NCBI GenBank assembly: GCA_046708025.1
Contig: JBKKDW010000020.1
Coordinates: 1-32,803, forward strand
Length of the DNA: 32,803 bases
Source: Candidatus Limnocylindrales bacterium
Lineage (GTDB): Bacteria; Chloroflexota; Limnocylindria; Limnocylindrales; CSP1-4
Direction: 5' to 3'
Below are positions 26,666 to 32,803 of this stretch, one piece after another; position 1 is the first letter of the stretch, and each line of letters opens with the position of its first letter. The notes under the pieces are model-generated. The model did no database searches and had not been told where the DNA came from. It was given only the letters and a program-made list of their open reading frames with translations. A program made the position numbers and the translations under genes.

Positions 26666-26966
26666 ATGGCCCGCCGACTCGACCAGGTTTGGAGTTGCGG
26701 TTTCGCTGGCAGCCGTTGTTCTGAGTCTGAGTGCTGCTGCTGCTCTGGCTGGTGAGATCACCGGAAACGGCAAGACCCTGGAACCTCTGCGCGCGAACTC
26801 GATCTGTGCCTACTCAGGACTGAATGACGACCCCACTGGGATCGATCCAGAAAACGGTCCCCCCGGTCGGGTGCAGTCCTGGGGGCAGATCCCCAAGGAG
26901 GGAAAAGAGTTCCTCACCTCGATAGGATTCAATCCTGGCAACGCATGCAGGGGCGGGAGTCTGTGA
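26666..26966 (+). pseudogene. small secreted Cys-containing protein with an apparent +1 frameshift just after the start
   Basis: AGGAGG lies 7 nt before ATG 26666 (MARRLD..). The hydrophobic signal core and mature part (RFGVAVSLAAVVLSLSAAAALAGEITGNGK..) are in the +1 frame and have no start codon of their own. Confidence 0.55.
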
Positions 26967-26970
26967 ATTG

Positions 26971-27008
26971 AAGGATTGGCCCCGACGCTGAAGTCGGGGC
27001 CAATCCTT
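26971..27008 (+). terminator. strong stem-loop after the small secreted gene
   Basis: Perfect 16-bp stem AAGGATTGGCCCCGAC / GTCGGGGCCAATCCTT with a GCTGAA loop, 4 nt after the stop. Confidence 0.65.
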
Positions 27009-27054
27009 ATCCGCATCCCGCTATACCTTTTCCTGATGTGAAGCGTCGCCTGAC

Positions 27055-28133
27055 GTGAAAGGTCGCCTCACGGGACGCGCAGCGATGTGGGCCACGGGCG
27101 TCCTGGTCGCGATTGGCGGCTACCAGCTCCTGCTCGCGCAGGGACGTTCCCCGATCAACCTTGTCTTCATCTCTGTCCTGCTCGCGGTCCTCGCCGGCGC
27201 ATCGCTGATCCGACCATCAGTCGGCGCGGCAACCCTCCTGATCCTGGGTGTGCTGCTCGCACTGCCGCCCCCAATGGAGTGGCTCTCGTTGGTCTTGCCC
27301 CCGGGCAATTACAAGGGGGATCTGCGCTGGATTGGCAGCCTGACCGTGTTCGTGGTCGGGTTGATTACGGCGATCTGGCGACGACCGCCCACCCGACGAC
27401 CAGATGGGACGCTGGTCGTCGCGTCGCGGCTGGTCAACTGGCTCGCGCTCCTGTGCGCCGTCGGTGGGCCGGTCATCGGGTGGGCAGTATTCGCCGCATT
27501 GACTCCGGGAGACCTCTTTGGGCGGGATGCCATGGTGGGCCTGATCGGCACGGCCGTCGGCCTGTTCGGGCTCGTGCTATTCAGCGGCTATTCGGCCTTC
27601 CATGTCCTGACCCGCGCGCCGGGACGAGCGGCCATCCTGGCTGTTGCGTATCCGCTGGGGCTGGGGCCCCTCGTAATGTCAGCTCCTCTATGGGTCGCGC
27701 CGAGGGTGCCCGTGCCGGAAGCCATCGTCGAGAACCGGCTGGCAGATGGCAGGTTGGTCAGCGCCTCACATGCGTCGCCGGCCGGTCCGCCCGTCTACGC
27801 CATCGACGGCCGGGCGGATACTGCATGGAACGCGGGCACGCACCCGCCCAGCGTGGATCGAGATCGACCTTGGTGAAGCCTCCACGATCACAGCGATCAG
27901 GCTCCTCGTGGCGCAGGCTCCTGGCGGAGAGACGGTTCACCGTCATCGTGATCAGTTCGGCTGGGAATCGGCAGCAGATCGCCGAGTTTCGCGGCGTTAC
28001 CCGTGACGGCGCTCAACTGGAGCATGTGCTGACGACACCGTTGGCGGACGTCGTGGCCGTGCGAATCATCACCGTAGGAGGCCCGTCGTGGGTTGCCTGG
28101 CGAGAGATCGAGGTCGTCGTCGCGGGACCGTGA
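27055..28133 (+). pseudogene. polytopic membrane protein with C-terminal F5/8 type C (discoidin) domain, split over three frames
   Basis: Frame 1 gives ~6 TM segments, then ..PVYAIDGRADTAWNAGTHPP. Frame 2 gives AWIEIDLGEASTITAIRLLVAQAPGGE. Frame 3 gives RFTVIVISSAGNRQQIAEF..VAVRIITVGGPSWVAWREIEV. Joined, these make one discoidin domain. Confidence 0.7.
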
Positions 28134-28150
28134 CCGCCGTTGGGCGCCAG

Positions 28151-28190
28151 ATCCTGCCTTGCGCCCACCACATGGACCGAAGGCAGGAAG
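28151..28190. repeat. palindromic copy of the TGGACCGA(W)GGCAGGAA arm motif
   Basis: ATCCTGCCTTGCGCCCA..CA..TGGACCGAAGGCAGGAAG. TCCTGCCTT pairs with AAGGCAGGA over 9 bp. The right half matches 15153-15169 at 16/17. It lies between convergent genes. Confidence 0.6.
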
Positions 28191-28247
28191 GGGTGGCCGC
28201 GTCGCCGCGGGTGGCCGCGCACGCCGCAACGGCAGGCCCGCGACGGC

Positions 28248-29156
28248 CTAGCGGCAGACGACCGGGTGGGGTTTCGGATGGGCCGCTTCGTAGGTCGACC
28301 CGGCCGACCCGATTCGCTTGGCGACCACGATCAGCTTGCCCAGCGTCCCGCGTGGGCCCTCCGAGGTCTGGATCCAGAGCTGCTCCGGCCCGATGTCGAA
28401 GACGCCGTCCAGCGAGGTCACGTGCCGGCGGACCCTGGTGACCTGATACGTCGACACGAGGTTGTTGCTGGTCCACACCCGGACGGTCGCGCCGAGCAGG
28501 CTGGCTCCATTGTTGATCTTCGACCGTTCCAGGAGCGGCAGGAACATGCCCTTCCGCGCGTGGGCGTAGATGAAGGTCACGCCCGCCTCACGCGGCTGGG
28601 AGAGCTCCTGGATGTACATGGCCACGTTGCACAACGGGTAGCCGGCCCCTGGCTTGATGACCGGCAGATCGATCGTCAGGCCGGGCATCGCGATCCGCGT
28701 GGCGACCGCGAAGTTCAGCGCGCCGCAGCGAGCCAGTGAACCGGTCCCAACCTTGATCGAGATCGCCGAGGTGCGCGCGTACGCCCAGATCGAGTTCATG
28801 ATCCGGGTCGATACCGCCGACGTCTTGCTTACCGCGCCTGACGCGTCGGTGACCGCACCCGGCAGGCGGGTGATGAGGGTCGGTTTCGCGCACGACCCGC
28901 GGTAGGCGATGACCGGATACGTCGTGGACGGCCGGAGGTTGGCCAGCTTCAGCCCCAACGCTCCGTTGCCTGCCCAGTAGGCGGTGAGGATCGCTGTCCC
29001 ATTCACACCGTTGGCGCCCAGCGATGTCCGCCAGGTGCGCCGAATCGATGCCGCCGACGCGGTCGAAGCGAATACGGTCGCGACCAGGACGACGAGCGTC
29101 ACGAGTACCGCGAAGCGCCGCGGACGCGTCCAGGAGCGTCGCGATGTGACCTGCAT
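28248..29156 (-). CDS. secreted two-domain protein: paralogous beta-rich domain (copy 2) plus sortase-fold domain with Ser at the Cys position
   Basis: 302 aa with a signal/TM segment. The N-domain is GANGVNGTAILTAYWAGNGALGLKLANLRPSTTYPV. The C-domain is RIAMPGLTIDLPVI..PREAGVTFIYAHARKGMF..TVRVWT..YQVTRV..LWIQTSEGP..KLIVVA. The block order is sortase-like, with TS (TCG 28362-28364) replacing TC. Confidence 0.65.
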   Translation of the reverse strand: MQVTSRRSWTRPRRFAVLVTLVVLVATVFASTASAASIRRTWRTSLGANGVNGTAILTAYWAGNGALGLKLANLRPSTTYPVIAYRGSCAKPTLITRLPGAVTDASGAVSKTSAVSTRIMNSIWAYARTSAISIKVGTGSLARCGALNFAVATRIAMPGLTIDLPVIKPGAGYPLCNVAMYIQELSQPREAGVTFIYAHARKGMFLPLLERSKINNGASLLGATVRVWTSNNLVSTYQVTRVRRHVTSLDGVFDIGPEQLWIQTSEGPRGTLGKLIVVAKRIGSAGSTYEAAHPKPHPVVCR

Positions 29157-29293
29157 TCGCGCACCGTACAGGACCGCCGCCGGACACGGCCGCCGCCCGG
29201 AGGTACTGGGTCGAGGCCTGAAATGGAACGACCCACCTCGCGTCTCTCGATGGGGCCTGCTTGTGCGGCCCGCAACGCATCGGAGGAATTGAT

Positions 29294-30113
29294 ATGTCCA
29301 GGCGACTCGTGACGTCGCTCACAATCTCCATGGTCATGGCGCTCGCCGCGATCGCGCCCGTCTCGGCGGCAACGGTGAAGAGCTCCTGGCTGGCCAGGAT
29401 TGGAAGCGCCGGCGTGAACGGCACGGCCACGATCCAGTCCTACACGTCCGGAAACGGCGCGATCGTGCTCAAGCTGGCGAAGATGAAGCCGTCGACTCTG
29501 CTGCCCGTGGTCGTCTCGAAGGGAACCTGCAAGTCGGTTGGCTCCACGCTCTTGACCCTCGCTTCGATCAAGACGACCTCGGCCGGCTCTGCCTCGCGCA
29601 CCACGAGCCTGACCGCCGCCCGCGTGAACGCGATCAGGGCAGCGACCAAAGGGAACCGGCAGGATCGTCATCCGGATCGGGACCGGCACGGCGCGCAGGT
29701 GCGGGCAGTTCGCCCTCGTTCCGCCGCCCGTGGTCGTGACGCCACCGCCACCGCCAGTCGTCTCGGCGACCATCCCGGTTGGCGCCTATCCGCAACAGGC
29801 CACCATCGATGCCAGCGGGATCTGGGTCACCAATAGCGCCGAAGGCACGCTCTCGCGAATCGACCCCACGACCAATTCCGTGCTGTCGGTGGCTCGCATC
29901 GTCGTGCCGGGGCTCGACGATGTTCGCGACGCGGTTGATCGGGCGATCGGATTGGTCAAGCACGATCGTCCGCTGGATCCGGCCCTCGGCTGGTTGGCGG
30001 CGCACAGCCTCAGGGCCGAAGCCGATGCGGCCGCGCTGGCTCGCGCTCGCCACGATCCGGCGGCGCTCGCCACTGCCGAGGCCCGCTGCGAGGTGATCGC
30101 CAGGGGCTCCTGA
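29294..30113 (+). pseudogene. mosaic: secreted beta-rich domain (copy 3), Pro-rich linker, one YVTN-like repeat, then a helical regulator-type tail; +1 frameshift near 29654
   Basis: GGAGG lies 7 nt before ATG 29294, with signal MSRRLVTSLTISMVMALAAIAPVSA. The domain reads ..AIRAATKG, then the frame breaks. The +1 frame continues TGRIVIRIGTGTARRCGQF..PPPVVVTPPPPP..IPVGAYPQQATIDASGIWVTNSAEGTLSRIDPTTNSV.. to TGA at 30111. Confidence 0.6.
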
Positions 30114-30232
30114 GGCGTGCCTCGCTCGAGCCCGTCACGGCAGCCGATGCGCGTCGAGGGGCGATCCTGGCGCTCTGTCAGGCGGAACGGGGACGGCTCA
30201 GCGGGCACGGCGACGCGACCGTCTGGGAAGTC

Positions 30233-30808
30233 GTGGCGCAGCACTGGGAAGCGCTCAAGCGTCCGTATCCGGCCGCCTATGCGCGGTTCCGCGCGGGCGA
30301 GGCCCTGCTTGGAACGGCTGGAGGCTCCGGAAGCAGGGCGTCGCGCGCGTCGGCGACTTCGGCCCTGCGTGCGGCCCACCTGACCGTGGTCGGACTCGGC
30401 GCCCATCCGCTTCGCGCGGAGATCGAACGGCTGGCGAACCAGGCCCACGTCGACCTCCGCGGGCACGCTCCGACCGACGCGACCCAGCCTGTGGCGGCCA
30501 CGGGCCTGGGACTGACCAACCGGGAATCGGAAGTGATCAGGCTGGTGGCGGCCGGTTGGTCAAACCAGCAGATCGCGGATGCCCTGTTCATCACGCGCAA
30601 GACGGCCAGCGTCCACGTCTCGAACATCCTGGGCAAGTTCGGGGCCAGGAATAGGGTCGAGGCGGCGGCGATCGCACATCGCCTGGGCCTGGGCATGATC
30701 CGTAAATTCGGGGTTGTAATTTGCGCGTCGTCGGACCACAGTTCGCCGAGCGGGAGGGAAGCGCGGAAGCGGGGGATTCCAGGGTACGACGCCCAAACGG
30801 TCGCCTGA
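30233..30808 (+). CDS. LuxR-family HTH protein, probably the C-terminal fragment of a large LAL-type regulator
   Basis: LTNRESEVIRLVAAGWSNQQIADALFITRKTASVHVSNILGKFGARNRVEAA is a LuxR/GerE HTH. The preceding WEALKRPYPAAYARFRAGEALL is typical of LAL C-terminal repeats. The frame is open but start-less back to 29939. GTG 30233 is the first start codon. Confidence 0.7.
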   Translation: MAQHWEALKRPYPAAYARFRAGEALLGTAGGSGSRASRASATSALRAAHLTVVGLGAHPLRAEIERLANQAHVDLRGHAPTDATQPVAATGLGLTNRESEVIRLVAAGWSNQQIADALFITRKTASVHVSNILGKFGARNRVEAAAIAHRLGLGMIRKFGVVICASSDHSSPSGREARKRGIPGYDAQTVA

Positions 30809-30859
30809 CCGTCGTGCCCAGCCAGCGGCGAGACCGGCCTTACCGTACCGCGCGCAGCC

Positions 30860-32791
30860 ATGCGCCCGGAGAGGGGTCCGATGCCCATCGGACGGGATGT
30901 TGCCAGCGGGCGCGGCAGGTCTCGAGCGAGCCTTGCCGTGGCAATCATGATCGGGCTGCTGAGTTCGTCGGCGTGGGCCGCGCTCGGTGGCGTGGTTCGA
31001 GCTGCCGAACCGCCGGTGGCCTTCGACCAGGCCGCGAGCACGCGCGAGTCGGTGCCGCTGGAAATCTTCCTCGACGCGTCAGATCCGGACTTCGACCCGC
31101 TCTCGTTCACGATCCAGGCCGACGTGACACACGGCGTGCTCGGCGACTGCACGAGCGGCGGGTGCACCTACACGCCGACCGCCGGATACGTGGGTCCCGA
31201 CAGCTTCACCTTCAGCGCAAACGACGGTCTCGCGGACTCGAATATCGCGACGGTGTCGATCACGGTGTACGCGAATGGCGCACCGATCGCCTCTGATCAG
31301 CCGGCGTCCGTGCAGCAGGACACGCCCGAATCGATCTTTCTAGGCGCGTTGGACCCGGACTTCGACGAGCTCACGTTCACGATCATCGCCGCGCCCACCC
31401 ACGGCGACATCAGCGGGCCAGACTGCGCCGGCCTTGGGGAATGTGTCTACACACCCTCGTCCGGCTATCGGGGTCCCGACAGCTTCACCTACAGCGCGAA
31501 CGACGGCTTCGTCGAATCGAACGTGGCGACGGTGTCGATCACGGTGACCGGGCCGACGCCGGTGATCGTCTCCAGCGGGCCGCTGACCAGGATTGAAACC
31601 ACGCCCGACCTCAACTGCGCGGTCAACCACGCCTCCGACCTGAGCGGCGAGTTCTATGCGGACACGGCGTGCGCGACCCTGGTCGGGGTCGAGGGGGTCC
31701 TGTATGGGCCCGCATATATCCCTGCCGGACCAACGGGCGACGTCGTGTTCACGCCGGTGAGCCAGTCGGCCGTGCTCGGCACTGGCAGCGCCCTGGATCC
31801 GCTGCGGATCGTGACCGTGGTCGACCTTGGCGCAACCGGCCTGCGGCTCACCCAGACGGACAGCTACGTCATCGGGCAGGAGGCGTATCGCACGGATATT
31901 GCGATCGCCAACGCCGGGCCGTCAGCCAGGACCATCCTGCTCTACCGTGCCGGCGACTGCTACCTCCAGGACTCGGACGCGGGCTATGGCAGCGTCGACA
32001 TCAGCACCGGGGCTGTGGCGTGTGTGACTTCCCTTGATAGCGGGGCGCGGATAGAGCAGTGGTTCCCGCTCTCCGCTGGAAGCCACTATTACGAAGCAAG
32101 TTTCGGCGAGGTCTGGAACCGGGTGCTCTCGTTGACCCCGTTTCCGGACACCTGCCGGTGCACCGAGTTGATCGATAACGGTGCCGGCCTCAGCTGGGAG
32201 GTCACGGTCCCCGCGGGAGGAGCCGCGACTCGGTCGCAGATCACCGGGTTCTCGCCGATCGGTCGCGTGCCGTTGACCACCGCGAAGGCTGCCGATGCCG
32301 CCACGACAGCGGCCGGGGGCCTGAATGGCTACACGATCACGTTCGCGAACCCGAATGAATTCGCTGTCTCGCTGTCATCGGCGTTCGACGATCTCCCGGC
32401 TGGATTCTCGTATGTGGCCGGCTCGACGACGGGCGCGACCAATGCCGACCCAGCGATCGCGGGCGGCCGACTGACCTGGTCGGGCCCGATCGCGGTCGGG
32501 GCATTCGGAGATGCCTCGATTCACTTCTCGGTCACGGTTGCCAGCTCGGTCGGGACCTATTCGAACGAGGCAGGTGGCACGGCCGGATCCGACGTCGTGA
32601 TCGCGACCGGCCCGACCGCTCCGATCACGGTGACCGCAGCGGCCCCGACCCCGCCCCCCACCCCGCCCCCCCCCCCCCCCCCCCCCCCCACCCCCCCCCC
32701 CCCCCCCCCCCCCCCGCCGGTCAGATCCTCCCACTGGAAAACGATGGCCCAAACAATCTGCGCGAACGCGAGCGTCAGCATGGCGAGGTAG
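30860..32791 (+). CDS. large secreted surface protein: 2 tandem Ig/cadherin-like repeats, a central domain, a DUF11-like domain and a poly-Pro tail
   Basis: A signal peptide is present. The ATG at 30881 after GGAGAGGGG is the likelier start. There are two ~95-aa repeats (D.DFD.L.FTI......G.....C....C.YTP..GY.GPDSFT.SANDG...SN.ATVSITV). LNGYTITFANP..GTYSNEA is conserved-repeat-domain-like. The 3' end past 32666 is unreliable because of C homopolymers. Confidence 0.75.
   Translation: MRPERGPMPIGRDVASGRGRSRASLAVAIMIGLLSSSAWAALGGVVRAAEPPVAFDQAASTRESVPLEIFLDASDPDFDPLSFTIQADVTHGVLGDCTSGGCTYTPTAGYVGPDSFTFSANDGLADSNIATVSITVYANGAPIASDQPASVQQDTPESIFLGALDPDFDELTFTIIAAPTHGDISGPDCAGLGECVYTPSSGYRGPDSFTYSANDGFVESNVATVSITVTGPTPVIVSSGPLTRIETTPDLNCAVNHASDLSGEFYADTACATLVGVEGVLYGPAYIPAGPTGDVVFTPVSQSAVLGTGSALDPLRIVTVVDLGATGLRLTQTDSYVIGQEAYRTDIAIANAGPSARTILLYRAGDCYLQDSDAGYGSVDISTGAVACVTSLDSGARIEQWFPLSAGSHYYEASFGEVWNRVLSLTPFPDTCRCTELIDNGAGLSWEVTVPAGGAATRSQITGFSPIGRVPLTTAKAADAATTAAGGLNGYTITFANPNEFAVSLSSAFDDLPAGFSYVAGSTTGATNADPAIAGGRLTWSGPIAVGAFGDASIHFSVTVASSVGTYSNEAGGTAGSDVVIATGPTAPITVTAAAPTPPPTPPPPPPPPPTPPPPPPPPPVRSSHWKTMAQTICANASVSMAR
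32666..32715. repeat. two C homopolymers (24 and 25 nt) separated by one A
   Basis: C run 32666-32689, A at 32690, C run 32691-32715. Read as poly-Pro on the plus strand and poly-Gly on the minus strand. Confidence 0.95.
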
Positions 32792-32802
32792 ACGCCCGAG
32801 AG
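32716..32802 (-). CDS. fragment of a branched-chain amino acid ABC transporter permease (LivM-like), partial
   Basis: The minus strand reads LSGVYLAMLTLAFAQIVWAIVFQWEDLTGG, which matches the LivM motif (Y.A..TLAF....... .LTGG). It then runs straight into the poly-G tract. Confidence 0.5.
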
Positions 32803-32803
32803 C

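Noticed and set aside
27038-27071. 17-nt imperfect tandem duplication GTGAAGCGTCGCCTGAC / GTGAAAGGTCGCCTCAC at the start of the membrane/discoidin gene.
   Set aside because: The duplication is real in the sequence but most simply a small start-region duplication. The first copy is closed by TGA after 6 codons. There is no evidence of function.
29645-29656. Programmed ribosomal frameshift at ACC AAA GGG AAC in the mosaic surface gene.
   Set aside because: The required shift is +1 and the sequence is not a recognised slippery motif. There is no obvious downstream stimulatory structure. A one-base indel in the AAAGGGAA run is the simpler explanation.

Overview
High-G+C bacterial chromosomal window, actinobacterium-like in codon usage, GTG/TTG starts and 4-nt ATGA/GTGA gene overlaps. 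Phylum cannot be fixed from sequence alone. All homology calls and alignments were made by eye from the translations and DNA; nothing was searched or computed. (1) 0-20 kb is mostly intact metabolic and housekeeping genes. They include a split B12-dependent acyl-CoA mutase (large subunit at 3.2 kb; B12-binding subunit plus MeaB-type GTPase at 10.2 kb) whose substrate-pocket residues look isobutyryl-CoA-mutase-like. An MFS / 3-hydroxybutyryl-CoA dehydrogenase / acyl-CoA dehydrogenase / thiolase run follows, plus folE, trxA with an ArsR regulator, two DinB-like proteins, a PLP dehydratase, ketopantoate-reductase-like and aldehyde dehydrogenase genes. The hbd gene carries an in-frame TAA. (2) A 1.09-kb segment (14985-16076) bounded by 24-nt inverted repeats (22/24) sits between acyl-CoA dehydrogenase and thiolase. 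Its only gene is an XRE-HTH protein fused to a PD-(D/E)xK-like domain. (3) 20.0-25.5 kb is an accessory segment beside tRNA-Lys(CTT). It holds a Cas4/AddB-like Fe-S nuclease homologue, a VOC protein, a membrane protein plus a 75-aa protein, a SnoaL-like protein and gene remnants. At least five copies of a ~140-170-nt conserved non-coding element occupy the gene boundaries. This is the most unusual feature here. No integrase or transposase is visible. (4) 25.5-32.7 kb is a secreted/cell-surface cluster: three paralogues of a small secreted domain, a sortase-fold protein with Ser in place of the catalytic Cys, a discoidin-domain membrane protein, a LuxR-type fragment and a large Ig-like/DUF11-like surface protein. 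It has about six frame disruptions. The window ends in two 24-25-nt C homopolymers abutting an unrelated LivM-like fragment, probably an assembly junction. No rRNA, CRISPR array or recognisable transposase gene was seen.
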